Origin: a virus
Taxonomy: Duplodnaviria > Caudoviricetes
IMG/VR virus record: IMGVR_UViG_3300025530_000011
Coordinates: 1 to 59,117 of that record
Reading direction: 5' to 3' (one strand)
Length of the DNA: 59,117 nt
In this document: in pieces, positions 11,083-21,349 of the stretch
How the letters are laid out: each line of letters starts with the position of its first letter
Position numbering within the stretch: position 1 is the stretch's first letter
Made by a program: the position numbers and the translations under genes
The notes under the pieces: generated by a model
What the model was told of the DNA's origin: nothing
Databases searched by the model: none
Seen by the model: only the letters and a program-made list of their open reading frames with translations

Positions 11083-12153
11083 ATTGATCTGGACTCGCAG
11101 CAAAACAGAAGAAGTCAAATACTCCAAGCGTTAAAGGACACTTTTGGTGAAAGACAAGTTTTAAATATTGCAACATTCGGAACAGAAGGAAGTAAGAGTG
11201 CACTACTTTCTGCTTGTCGCGGAATGGGGATCGATGTGGATGAAGCGTCTTATCTTACCACTTTAATTCCAGTGGAAAGAGGAAAAAACTGGTCATTATC
11301 CGACTGTTTCTTTGGAAATCCAAAGAAAGATAGGAAGCCAGTAAAAGAATTAGTCAATGCAGTTGAAAAGTATGAAGGATTAAAAGAAATAGCACTTAAA
11401 ATTGAAAATCTTGTTAATAAAAGATCGGTTCATGCTTCAGGTGTTTACATATACAACGATGATTACACAAAATTTAATGCAATGATGAGAGCGCCTAGTG
11501 GTCAACCAACAACACAATTCGACATGGGAGATAGCGATTATATGGGCAATCTGAAAATTGATCTTCTCACGGTTATCTCTATAGACAGGATAAGAGCTTG
11601 TATGGATATGCTAATTGAAGATGGTTATATGGAGTGGAAAGGTAGTTTAAGGGAGACATATAATGAGTATTTACATCCAAGTAAATTGAAATATGATGAT
11701 CCAGAAATGTGGAAGAAAGTAGGAAATAATGCTATTCCTGACCTATTCCAATTCGATACTCCGGTTGGACTACAATGCGCTCAAAAAGTAAAACCAACTA
11801 ACGTGTTAGAATTAGCGATTGCCAATTCCCTTATGAGATTAATGTCAGATGGAGATATGCAACCAGTTGATAAATACATATTGCATAAAAATAATCCTGA
11901 AATATGGATTAATGAAATGAAAGAATATGGTTTAACTGACGAAGAAATTGAGATTGTTAGAGAACACTTAGACGAAGTTTATGGTGTCTCAGAGTCCCAA
12001 GAAGGTATTATGTTACTTTCAATGGATAAGAGGATATCAGGTTTTACAATATCAGAGTCGAACAAGCTCAGGAAGGGCATAGCTAAAAAGCGCGAGGATA
12101 TTATACAAGAAATCAAAAATCTTTTCTTTGAAAAGGGGCTACAAAATGGCTAG
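11083..12153 (+). CDS. dnaE: DNA polymerase III alpha subunit, exon 2 (palm/fingers; ends at TAG)
   Basis: IDLD, SVHASGV, KIDLL, LFQF, SQEGIM, KLRKGIAKK motifs. Confidence 0.88.
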   Translation: MDLDSQQNRRSQILQALKDTFGERQVLNIATFGTEGSKSALLSACRGMGIDVDEASYLTTLIPVERGKNWSLSDCFFGNPKKDRKPVKELVNAVEKYEGLKEIALKIENLVNKRSVHASGVYIYNDDYTKFNAMMRAPSGQPTTQFDMGDSDYMGNLKIDLLTVISIDRIRACMDMLIEDGYMEWKGSLRETYNEYLHPSKLKYDDPEMWKKVGNNAIPDLFQFDTPVGLQCAQKVKPTNVLELAIANSLMRLMSDGDMQPVDKYILHKNNPEIWINEMKEYGLTDEEIEIVREHLDEVYGVSESQEGIMLLSMDKRISGFTISESNKLRKGIAKKREDIIQEIKNLFFEKGLQNG

Positions 12154-13579
12154 TGAAAATTTACTTAAATACATTTGGGATACCCAAATTTTACCACAGG
12201 CAGGTTATTCGTTTTCAAGGCTTCATAGTGTTGGATATTCATTAATAGCCTTGCAGGAAATGAATTTAGCACATTACTATCCTCAAGTTTATTGGAATAC
12301 AGCTTGTTTATCGGTAAATGCTGGTGCAGATGAAAACAATGATGATAATAAAGGCACGAAATATGGAAAAGTGGCAACTGCAATTGAAAATATGAAAAGA
12401 AGAGGAATCCAAGTTGATTTACCCGACATAAACAAGGCTGGTTTTGGCTTTAAGCCAAATGTGGAAACCAATTCAATTATTTTTGGTTTAAAAGGGCTTA
12501 ATGGTATTGGTGATGATTTAGTTCATTTGATTATTGAAAATAGACCGTATCATTCATTTGAAGATTTTGTTAATCGTATGTATGATACAAAAATTGTGAA
12601 AAAGAAACAGATGATTCAATTAATTAAAGGGGGCTGTTTTGAAGCATTTGGTGACAGGAAAGAAATAATGCGAAAATTTATTAATCATATTTTTGAGCCA
12701 AAAGAAAAACTGACAATGACCAATTTTAAACAAATAATCGAATTAGGATTAGTGCCTGAAAAATTCAAGTTAAATGTAAGGTTCTTTAGATTTAAAGATT
12801 ATATATCAAAGTTTGTATACAAAACGGTACAAAAGCCCAAAGATAAGCTTTTTATTCTTGATGATATATCGGCTCAATTTCTTAATGAGCATTTTTCTGA
12901 AGAGTGTATTAAAGATGTTGTAGACGGAAGATTAATCATTTCTGAAAAACAGTTCAAAAAAGAATATGATAAGAAGATGGAATGTGTAAAAGAATGGTTA
13001 TCACAAGAAGAAACTTTAAAATTATTCAATAATCAATTGTTAGAATTAGAATGGGAAGCAAATGCTTCAGGAAAAATAAGTGAATGGGAAATGTCTTCAT
13101 TAAGCTTTTATCATTCTGAACATGAATTAGTACATTTAAATAAAGATAAATACGGTGTTTCAAATTTCTTTGAGTTACCGGAAGAGCCGATTGTAGTTAA
13201 GACATATATATCTAAAGGAATCGAAAGATCAATTTTTGAGTTAACTAGAATTGCTGGAACAGTATTAGATAAAGATAAAAATAAGCATACGATTACTTTA
13301 TTGACATTAGAGGGGGTAGTCACAGTTAAGTTTTATGCGGGTAACTTCTCTTGGTATAATAAACAAATTTCAGAAAAAGGATCTGATGGTAAAAAGACCA
13401 TATTAGAGTCTTCTTGGTTTACAAGAGGCAATAAGTTATTAATTACTGGTTTTAGACGGGGAAATCAATTTATTCCTCGTACTTATAAGGACTCAATTTA
13501 TAAACACACAGTTGCTTTAATAAAGGAAATTGATCATGAAGGAAATCTATCTTTGCAAACGGAGAGAACAATGGCTTAG
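12146..13579 (+). CDS. dnaE: DnaE C-terminal part in a different frame (split gene or frameshift)
   Basis: YSFSRLHSVGYS, PDINKA, FGLKGLNGIG (HhH), OB fold; AAGGGG RBS 7 nt before ATG 12146. Confidence 0.82.
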   Translation: MASENLLKYIWDTQILPQAGYSFSRLHSVGYSLIALQEMNLAHYYPQVYWNTACLSVNAGADENNDDNKGTKYGKVATAIENMKRRGIQVDLPDINKAGFGFKPNVETNSIIFGLKGLNGIGDDLVHLIIENRPYHSFEDFVNRMYDTKIVKKKQMIQLIKGGCFEAFGDRKEIMRKFINHIFEPKEKLTMTNFKQIIELGLVPEKFKLNVRFFRFKDYISKFVYKTVQKPKDKLFILDDISAQFLNEHFSEECIKDVVDGRLIISEKQFKKEYDKKMECVKEWLSQEETLKLFNNQLLELEWEANASGKISEWEMSSLSFYHSEHELVHLNKDKYGVSNFFELPEEPIVVKTYISKGIERSIFELTRIAGTVLDKDKNKHTITLLTLEGVVTVKFYAGNFSWYNKQISEKGSDGKKTILESSWFTRGNKLLITGFRRGNQFIPRTYKDSIYKHTVALIKEIDHEGNLSLQTERTMA

Positions 13580-13608
13580 AAAAATTGAAGTAAAAGTTGG
13601 AAAATACA

Positions 13609-13642
13609 TTGACAAAAATAAATTAAAATAATATAATGAAAT
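13609..13642 (+). promoter_or_regulatory. consensus sigma-A promoter, copy 2 of 34-mer
   Basis: TTGACA-17-TATAAT, identical to 1176 and 46526. Confidence 0.9.
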
Positions 13643-13702
13643 CAAGTTAAAGGAGGTGATTTTTTTAAAATAATACAATATTCATAGAAAAGGAGTTATC
13701 GC

Positions 13703-14338
13703 ATGAAAGCTGTTAAAAATATTGCTTTAGCAGCTTTATCAATAGGTTTAGTCGGAACTTCTATGCACATACATAATGATCATGAAAAAATTCATAAATT
13801 AAAAGCTAAATTGAAACAGGAGGAAGGTGTCAATTTAAATTTAGAGCGTGAGAAGATCAAACAAAACTTATTGATAAAGCAACAAGAAAACAAAATTAAA
13901 TTAATATCAAATACGGTTAATTTGCAAAAGAAAAACATTAAGAGATTAAATGAACAATTAGCACAAGTCAAGAAAGAGAACCGATCTCTTTCGATAAAAG
14001 TAGGCAATAATAAAGCCACTACACAAAAAAACAATGATTACCCATCGTATTATACGGTTACAGCTTATAGTCCAAATGTAGAATCAACAGGAAAAAATCC
14101 CGGAAATCCACAATATAAGATAACTGCCAGTGGCGCAAAAGTTCAAGAAGGGGTAACAGTAGCGTGCCCTCGTTCCATACCCTTTGGCACACAATTGAAA
14201 ATTGAAGGACTAGGTTATAGAACGTGTCAAGATCGTGGAGGTGCTATTGTAGAAGGTCGTATTGATGTTTATATGGATAGTACAAGTAAAGCACAACAAT
14301 TTGGGAAACAAAGATTAAAGGTGGAAATCTTAAATTAA
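13703..14338 (+). CDS. secreted coiled-coil + 3D-domain protein (YorM-like)
   Basis: Signal-like N-terminus; VTAY, TASG, QDRGGAI, RIDVYM. Confidence 0.85.
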   Translation: MKAVKNIALAALSIGLVGTSMHIHNDHEKIHKLKAKLKQEEGVNLNLEREKIKQNLLIKQQENKIKLISNTVNLQKKNIKRLNEQLAQVKKENRSLSIKVGNNKATTQKNNDYPSYYTVTAYSPNVESTGKNPGNPQYKITASGAKVQEGVTVACPRSIPFGTQLKIEGLGYRTCQDRGGAIVEGRIDVYMDSTSKAQQFGKQRLKVEILN

Positions 14339-14386
14339 TATTTTGTTATTAAAAATTAATTAAATACATATTAAGGGGGTAACAAA

Positions 14387-14806
14387 ATGTTCATCTTTTT
14401 TACCGTTGTATTGTTGATGATTTCTCTGTATATACTCATAAAAGGGAATATGTTTAACAAAATTATGTTAGAAATTGATGAATTTGAAAAACAAAATATA
14501 AATGATATCAGTCTTTCAAAGAAAACGACACTTCTGTTAAAAATCGTTAGTGCTTTTATATATTTAATTGTTTATTTATCCTATTTGATTAATGCGTTAA
14601 AAATTGACATTTTTGTGTATCCAACGTTTTCCATGTTAATGCTATTTCTTGTATCTTTTGTGATAAATTTGATTAAAAACAAGAAACAAACCAATGAAAG
14701 AAGAATTCGTAGATTGAAAAAGGAAAGAACATTAAAAAGAACGATTATAAGTTCAGTTGAAGTAGTGTATTTCCTATATATGCTCATGATGGCGATTTTC
14801 TATTGA
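14387..14806 (+). CDS. hypothetical membrane protein
   Basis: About four hydrophobic segments; RBS AAGGGGG. Confidence 0.65.
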   Translation: MFIFFTVVLLMISLYILIKGNMFNKIMLEIDEFEKQNINDISLSKKTTLLLKIVSAFIYLIVYLSYLINALKIDIFVYPTFSMLMLFLVSFVINLIKNKKQTNERRIRRLKKERTLKRTIISSVEVVYFLYMLMMAIFY

Positions 14807-15191
14807 TACATAAGAATATATGGAAGTAAATAATAAAACTATCTTTTTATTAAAATGAGGTGAAAACAAGTGCTTGTTAGCTTATGGATTATGGGGTTGT
14901 TATTTATTCTTTATTTTTCATTTAGTTTCCCTGCCGTTTTACAGGTTTATTGTCCTAAATTAATTGATAAATGGATTGAACGTAATAAGAAAAAGATTAA
15001 GTAAAATTAATTCACTTGAGGAGGTGATCCAAATGACAAAGAAAGAGGAATTCCTTGCACAGCTTAAAGAAGTGGATAGACAAATTGAACAACTCGAAGA
15101 ATTAAGAGAAGAAATCTTTTTTCGGCTTGATGAATTAAAATGATACCGGATATAATAAGTATACGAACATATATTCGGTAGGTGTTGTTTC

Positions 15192-15560
15192 ATGAGAGCG
15201 AGTATTTCGGACGAGCTTCTTAATGCAATTAATGAGCGAATCTATTTGGATCTTGAAATTCATGTTTTGAATCGAAAATTTGTTAAAGCTGAAAGAGAAG
15301 GAAAGAAAGGCTTTGCTAATTATATTGATGGATTACTTAAAGATGTCATAAAGAAGCGTAAAAGGATTAATGCTTATCTGAGTAAAAATGGTGTAAAAAT
15401 ATTTGATCCTGAAAATGTAGACGACATGTTTGTTCAATATCGATATTATCAGCGTATAAATGGTGGCTATAAAGAAGGAATACAAAAATATTGGAAAGCA
15501 GCCTTAAAACTTGGCTTAAAGAAAAGAATGAGTAAATATTTCACTGGAGGTGGGCAATGA
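15192..15560 (+). CDS. hypothetical phage protein
   Basis: 122-aa ORF abutting the next gene. Confidence 0.6.
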   Translation: MRASISDELLNAINERIYLDLEIHVLNRKFVKAEREGKKGFANYIDGLLKDVIKKRKRINAYLSKNGVKIFDPENVDDMFVQYRYYQRINGGYKEGIQKYWKAALKLGLKKRMSKYFTGGGQ

Positions 15561-16040
15561 ATGATTATCAAAAAAGAAATAGTTGAAGTTGATCATGTAC
15601 CAATTACAAAAGAGCTATTAGTCAATCGAAAATCTGAAGTTGCAAATAGTCAATCATTGTTTGTTAATAACAAATTCAATAAAAGTAATTGGAACGGTAA
15701 AGAAGCAATTATCCGTCAGTTTACATACTGGTTAGAATATGAAGAGAATGAAAAGCACTATGCTGAATTTGATTACTTAAATTGTGGTTATGAAATGATT
15801 GCTAATTGGGACTATTTCGAAGACCAGACTTACGTAACGATCACTTTGAGAAAATGTGATTATGACGCACTAATTGATAATGATGAAGAAATGGTGACAT
15901 ATGATTCCTATTTGATCACTTATTACAAAAGTAGAGGAACAATTAAGGGTATTTATAAAAATGGCAAATTGGTTGATTTTGATGAATATGTTCACTTGTT
16001 GAATATTATTGAAGCCAGTGGCTTTGAGTTTAAGTATTAA
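15561..16040 (+). CDS. hypothetical phage protein
   Basis: 159-aa ORF with GGAGGTG RBS. Confidence 0.6.
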   Translation: MIIKKEIVEVDHVPITKELLVNRKSEVANSQSLFVNNKFNKSNWNGKEAIIRQFTYWLEYEENEKHYAEFDYLNCGYEMIANWDYFEDQTYVTITLRKCDYDALIDNDEEMVTYDSYLITYYKSRGTIKGIYKNGKLVDFDEYVHLLNIIEASGFEFKY

Positions 16041-16100
16041 ATGAAATTCGAGTTTTATTGATAAAGAAAATTAAAATAATAAAAACAAAAGGATGATTAA

Positions 16101-17468
16101 ATGGAACAATTAAAGGTTTTAAGTTTATTTTCTGGTATTGGCGCTTTTGAAAAAGCACTTAGTAATATAGGAATCAATTATGATTTAATCGGGTTTTCAG
16201 AAATCGATAAATATGCTATAGAATCATACTGTGCGATACATAATGTAGATAAAACTCGAAATTTAGGGGATATTACTAAAGTCAATAAAGAAAAATTACC
16301 ATCTTTTGATATATTAGTGGGAGGATCTCCATGTCAGGCTTTTAGTGTTGCTGGAAAACGCAAGGGGTTTGAAGATACGAGAGGAACGTTGTTTTTTGAA
16401 TTTGTGGAAACATTGAAAGCTAAACAACCAAAATATTTTCTTTTTGAAAATGTGAAAGGGTTGATTAATCACGATAAAGGAAAAACTTTAAATATAATAG
16501 CAGAATCTTTCAGTGAAGTGGGATATAGAATTGATATGGAATTGCTTAATTCAAAGTATTTCAATGTACCACAAAACAGAGAAAGAATATTCATAGTTGG
16601 TATAAGGGAAGATCTAATACCAAATGAAGAATGGATAATTGACAAAGAAAGAAACGATGTTTTAACAAAAGGTAAAAAAAGATTAAAAAAATTAAACATT
16701 AAAACGTTCAACTTCGACTGGCCACCACAAACGGAAGTGACGACAAGACTGCGAGACATTCTCGAAGATAAGGTCGACGAAAAGTTCTATTTGAGCGAAG
16801 AAAAGACAGCGAAACTGGTGGCGCAGTTAAGTGAAAAATATCGTGCTAAAACGGAAGACTTTATGGTAGATAATCAAGGACGAAGTAAAAAGGTTCTTCA
16901 TCCGTTAGAAATCTCGCCCACATTGCGCAGGGAAACGCATGGAAATGAGCCGAGAGTTGTGCAGTTGGATAAGGATGAACCATCAATCTTACAAAAAGGT
17001 AGAGGTTTTAACAAAGGCGGTCAACACAAAATAGCACCACCATTAACATCACATAGTTACGAACAGAATAATCTTTTAAATGTTCCACAAATGCTCGGTC
17101 ATGCAGAACCTATTGAAGAAGTTCGCCCTGTTCTTACTCCTGATCGAGAAAATAAACGCCAAAACGGGCGAAGATTTAAAGATGATGGAGAAGAGTCATT
17201 TACGTTAACGGTGCAAGATAAACATGGAGTAGCAGTCGGCAAGTATCCTAAGTATCGTATCCGAAAACTCACGCCATTAGAATGTTATAGGTTAATGGGA
17301 TTTGACGATGAAGATTTTATGAAAGCAAAACAAGCTTTAATTCATACATATTACAATGGTAAAGATAAGGCTGACTCACAACTATACAAACAAGCTGGAA
17401 ATAGCATAGTTGTAAACGTGTTAGAGGAAATTTTTAAAAATTTATTTTTTTACATAAATAAATTATAA
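16101..17468 (+). CDS. DNA (cytosine-5) methyltransferase, multispecific Bacillus phage type (MtbP/M.SPR-like)
   Basis: LFSGIG, GGSPCQ, FENVKG, PQNRER, YKQAGNS; long variable region with several TRD-like units. Confidence 0.92.
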   Translation: MEQLKVLSLFSGIGAFEKALSNIGINYDLIGFSEIDKYAIESYCAIHNVDKTRNLGDITKVNKEKLPSFDILVGGSPCQAFSVAGKRKGFEDTRGTLFFEFVETLKAKQPKYFLFENVKGLINHDKGKTLNIIAESFSEVGYRIDMELLNSKYFNVPQNRERIFIVGIREDLIPNEEWIIDKERNDVLTKGKKRLKKLNIKTFNFDWPPQTEVTTRLRDILEDKVDEKFYLSEEKTAKLVAQLSEKYRAKTEDFMVDNQGRSKKVLHPLEISPTLRRETHGNEPRVVQLDKDEPSILQKGRGFNKGGQHKIAPPLTSHSYEQNNLLNVPQMLGHAEPIEEVRPVLTPDRENKRQNGRRFKDDGEESFTLTVQDKHGVAVGKYPKYRIRKLTPLECYRLMGFDDEDFMKAKQALIHTYYNGKDKADSQLYKQAGNSIVVNVLEEIFKNLFFYINKL

Positions 17469-17611
17469 TAATACATACTTATAAGAGGAGGTGATAAAAA
17501 AGAAAAGCGAATGTTCAATTTGCAAACAAGAAAGAGAAATTGTTTATACAAGTAATAGTTTCAGTTTTGGAAGAAATAAAAAATTATAACAATACTAGGA
17601 GGAAATATAGA

Positions 17612-18598
17612 ATGGCATTTTTTAAAAAAGAAATGATTGATAATTGTTGGAAACTTGAAGATGTTGGAACTGAAAGCAATCATTACATAGTTTTAGATGT
17701 ATCACATATAAAATATTTATGGGGATCAAATTTTACTGTAACAATATTGATTGTTCGTCGTGATGGTGAATATAATCGTTTAATTGACATAGAAACGAGA
17801 TTTTTTGATGACGGTGGCACAACAGAATATATTAAGGCAGAAACGAAAAGATTAGTCAATCTTTATGGTACGAAAAAAGTAATTATTGATTCTATTGGAT
17901 TCGGGATAATGGCAGTAGATGCATTAAAAAGTGAAGATCTTGATATCGTGGAAGTTAAAAGTACGCCAAGTAGTAAAATAGATTCCTTTTTAAAACTTGC
18001 TTCTGACATCAACAAATCAAAACTGTTGATAATCTCTAGTAAATTAAATTATAAATTTGTTGATTTGGTATCAGAACTTAAAACGGTTGATATTGAAAAG
18101 AGAAAAGATAGGTTAAAGATTGTCGGTGGAGGGGTTAAATTTGATACACTATTAACATTTTACGAATATTTAATTAAAACAGAAAATGAAAAAGAACAAA
18201 AACATAAAGATGAACAAGAAAAAACAAATAATGAATACAAAGCTAAAGTTACACTTGAGTTTGATGTATTACCACATGATAAAGAGATTAAAATTGAAAG
18301 ATTAGCAGATATTCTTTCAATAAAAGACAGTTTTGGTTATAAAATTCTTAATTATTTACAAGATTATGATTATGCAATTGTATTGCCACACAACCTAAGA
18401 GTAAACGGAAAAATTGAATACTTCGACGAAAATAATAAAGCAGTTGCAGTAAAAGAAATTAATCATCACTTATTAAAAACGGATATTAAAGAAGCTCTTA
18501 AGGAAATGGACAGTGAAGAAGTCGTTAATGCTTTAAAAGAGGCTGGTTACAAAGTGATTAAAGCTGAAAATGGTCATTTTATCGTTAAAGAAAATTAA
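17612..18598 (+). CDS. hypothetical protein with degenerate terminase-type RNase H-like region
   Basis: YIVLDVS and KKVIIDSIGFGIMAVDAL resemble TerL C-terminal nuclease motifs; AGGAGG RBS before ATG 17612. Confidence 0.5.
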   Translation: MAFFKKEMIDNCWKLEDVGTESNHYIVLDVSHIKYLWGSNFTVTILIVRRDGEYNRLIDIETRFFDDGGTTEYIKAETKRLVNLYGTKKVIIDSIGFGIMAVDALKSEDLDIVEVKSTPSSKIDSFLKLASDINKSKLLIISSKLNYKFVDLVSELKTVDIEKRKDRLKIVGGGVKFDTLLTFYEYLIKTENEKEQKHKDEQEKTNNEYKAKVTLEFDVLPHDKEIKIERLADILSIKDSFGYKILNYLQDYDYAIVLPHNLRVNGKIEYFDENNKAVAVKEINHHLLKTDIKEALKEMDSEEVVNALKEAGYKVIKAENGHFIVKEN

Positions 18599-18656
18599 AA
18601 TAATATAAAAGTTTTCTTTTATTAAATATTAAATAATTGATAAAGGAGCGTTTATT

Positions 18657-19037
18657 ATGAAGAAAATCATAAAAGATATGGAATTAACTGTGAAAGCTGC
18701 TAATTTAGAATTTAATAATGGAAATTCTAAAGATACTGAAATTTTAATTGAAACTTATCATAATTTATTAGAAATCTTAAATACTAGTAGACAACCTGAC
18801 TCCAAAAAAGAAAAGCAAGAATTGGTAAAGCTTTTACAAAGTCAAAATAAGCTTATTCAAGAACTATTCGAAAAAATTGAAATGGAGATAGAAAAAGGTT
18901 TACAAAGATCCGCATATGTAGAAGTTCGTAATTTGTCAATTATAGCAAATAAAATTCAACAAGCAAAAATACCAATTCAAGCTAATATAGATTTTCTAAC
19001 AAATAACGCACTAACAAATATTTCCGGTCTATTATAA
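18657..19037 (+). CDS. helical hypothetical protein (paralog of next ORF)
   Basis: Shares M.LT..., TYH.LLE, QN and NKI pattern with 19151-19525. Confidence 0.6.
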   Translation: MKKIIKDMELTVKAANLEFNNGNSKDTEILIETYHNLLEILNTSRQPDSKKEKQELVKLLQSQNKLIQELFEKIEMEIEKGLQRSAYVEVRNLSIIANKIQQAKIPIQANIDFLTNNALTNISGLL

Positions 19038-19150
19038 GAAGAAAAGCTGAAAGGGGGATGTTGCCTATATAGAATGGGAATTTGTTGTCAGTAAGTTTTT
19101 TGTCTAAATATTAAAAAGGGTAGCGACCAATCGCCAAGGAGGAATAATTT

Positions 19151-19525
19151 ATGGAAAAAACAATGCAAAATATGGATTTAACTTTAACTAAAATTAAGAG
19201 CGAATTAAAAAAAGGAAACACTTCAGCAGTTAAAACTTTAACAAATACTTATCATAAACTTTTAGAGCGTTTTCTTAGTAAAAAGTTTTTTATTGAGGAT
19301 AATTTAGATTTTTTTAAAAAACAAAATGAAATTCTTGTTGATTTAAAAAAGGAGATTGATAAGGAAATAGAAAGCTACTTAATTAGAGAGTGGTATCAAA
19401 ACGCACATAGTCTAACAGTGGCTGTGAATAAAATTATAGATTCAATTAGTTCTATAAAATTTTCAATTAAAGCAACAACTGATTTGACAAATGAATGGAT
19501 TTACTGGAAGGAGAATGATCAATGA
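19151..19525 (+). CDS. helical hypothetical protein (paralog of previous ORF)
   Basis: AGGAGG RBS; similarity to 18657-19037. Confidence 0.6.
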   Translation: MEKTMQNMDLTLTKIKSELKKGNTSAVKTLTNTYHKLLERFLSKKFFIEDNLDFFKKQNEILVDLKKEIDKEIESYLIREWYQNAHSLTVAVNKIIDSISSIKFSIKATTDLTNEWIYWKENDQ

Positions 19526-20001
19526 AACTATACGAACTTACAGGCTCTTATCTACAAGTATTAGAAATGGCAGACGAACTTGATCCTGATGTTTTTGCTG
19601 ACACACTTACTTCAATTCAAGAAGCCATTGAAGATAAAGCAGAGAACACCGCAAAACTAATCAAAAACCTTTCAGCAGACATTGACGCTTTAAAAGCAGA
19701 AGAAAAACGCTTAGCTGACAGGCGTAAATCATTAGAAAATAAAGTTAATTGGTTGAAACAGTATCTTCAACAGCAAATGGAATTTGCAGGGATTGATAAA
19801 GTAAAACGTCCAACCTTAACCATTTCAATTCAAAATAACCCACCATCTGTTGAGATTACTAATGAAAAAAGTGTTCCATCTGACTTCATGATTCCACAAG
19901 ATCCGAAAATTGACAAGAAAGCAATTTTAGAACGATTAAAGAATGGTGAACAAATTGCAGGATGTGCATTAAAACAAACAAAGGGATTGAGAATTCGATA
20001 A
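19522..20001 (+). CDS. Siphovirus Gp157-family protein
   Basis: MKLYELT...EDKAEN...EEKRLADRRK...NNPPSV...KIDKK...LRIR. Confidence 0.88.
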   Translation: MKLYELTGSYLQVLEMADELDPDVFADTLTSIQEAIEDKAENTAKLIKNLSADIDALKAEEKRLADRRKSLENKVNWLKQYLQQQMEFAGIDKVKRPTLTISIQNNPPSVEITNEKSVPSDFMIPQDPKIDKKAILERLKNGEQIAGCALKQTKGLRIR

Positions 20002-20328
20002 GGGATTTTAAAACAAATTAAAATAATACATAAAATAGAGGTAGTCGTTGTGACTGCCTCTATAACTTAAATAAAAGTCCACTTTTATTTGAAAGGAAGG
20101 TTGCAAATTATGAAATATTATTTCATCTGCTATTCAGAAAAAGATAAAGATACGAACACAATAGACTTTTACAATGAGGTGTTGGTTGATATCCATCCTT
20201 TAAAATGGCTTAAGGATACTAACGAAGAATACTATTATTCCACTAAGTATTCTCATTCTCTTATTAGTTTCCAAGAAATCAGCGAAGAAGAATATTATCA
20301 GTATAAAGAAGATTGAGGTGAAAACAAT

Positions 20329-20868
20329 ATGGAAATCTGGTTTACAAGTGACACACATTTTGATCATGAAAACATTTTAAAATATGAAAATCGACCATTT
20401 GCCGATGCTAATGAAATGACTGAAGCATTAATCGATAATTGGAATAACGTAGTTAAACCGGATGATTTGATCTTCCATTTAGGTGATGTTTTCTTCACTA
20501 GTGCTGCAAGAATGGAATATATCGCAAAACGGTTAAATGGAAGAAAAATTTTGATTCGCGGAAATCATGATAAAGGAATAAGCAATGGGAAATTTAGAAA
20601 GCTTGGTTTTGACGTATATAACTACTATTTTTTTGAGGATTTTATTTTAAGCCATTATCCTCAAAATGAAAATGCATTGAGAACTGCAATTGCCAATACC
20701 GACTTAAAGGGAAATATCTGTGGTCATTTACATTCAAAAGGTAAGGATCTCCCCAAAGATATTTATAAATGTGTAAGTGTTGAATTGACTAACTACAAAC
20801 CAATCAATTTTTCTGACATTAGAAAAGAAATTTTTGTTAGAAAAATGGTGAAAAGGTTTGACACATAA
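20329..20868 (+). CDS. calcineurin-like metallophosphoesterase
   Basis: TSDTHF, HLGD, RGNHD, SHYP, GHLH motifs. Confidence 0.9.
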   Translation: MEIWFTSDTHFDHENILKYENRPFADANEMTEALIDNWNNVVKPDDLIFHLGDVFFTSAARMEYIAKRLNGRKILIRGNHDKGISNGKFRKLGFDVYNYYFFEDFILSHYPQNENALRTAIANTDLKGNICGHLHSKGKDLPKDIYKCVSVELTNYKPINFSDIRKEIFVRKMVKRFDT

Positions 20869-20973
20869 AATAAATTATAATAATATTTAATTAAGAGATA
20901 AAAAACAAGTGGGATTGTTATTTCATCAAATCTTTAGTTAAAATTAATACATGATCATTTGTTTTAAAAGGGA

Positions 20974-21186
20974 GTGTTTATTTTGCAACTTGACTTTTCA
21001 CCTTTTTATGAAACATGTAAAGAGAAAGGTATAAAACCATCTTGGATTGCGAAAAGGGATAATATAATTGATTCCACTACTCTAGCGAAAATGAAGAAAG
21101 GTAAAAATGTTGAGTTGATGACAATTGCAAAAATCTGTAAATATCTTGATGTACCTATTGAAAAGATTGTGAGAATTAAGTATTGA
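20974..21186 (+). CDS. Cro/C1-type HTH regulator
   Basis: TLAKMKKGKNVELMTIAKICKYLDVPIEKIV. Confidence 0.8.
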   Translation: MFILQLDFSPFYETCKEKGIKPSWIAKRDNIIDSTTLAKMKKGKNVELMTIAKICKYLDVPIEKIVRIKY

Positions 21187-21349
21187 TTTTGTTTGGAGTG
21201 ATTAAAATCCACAAATGAAGCAAAAGATATTAGAACTTTGTTTCCCGATGAAAAGTCATCACTATTTGAAAACATCAATAAACAATTAAAGAAATTTAAA
21301 CAGTAATATAAAGATTATGGTAAAATTGTAAAGAAAGATTAGCTTATAG

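Noticed and set aside
12100-12250. Split intein in dnaE
   Set aside because: No N-terminal Cys/Ser intein block or C-terminal HN motif; both sides are polymerase sequence.
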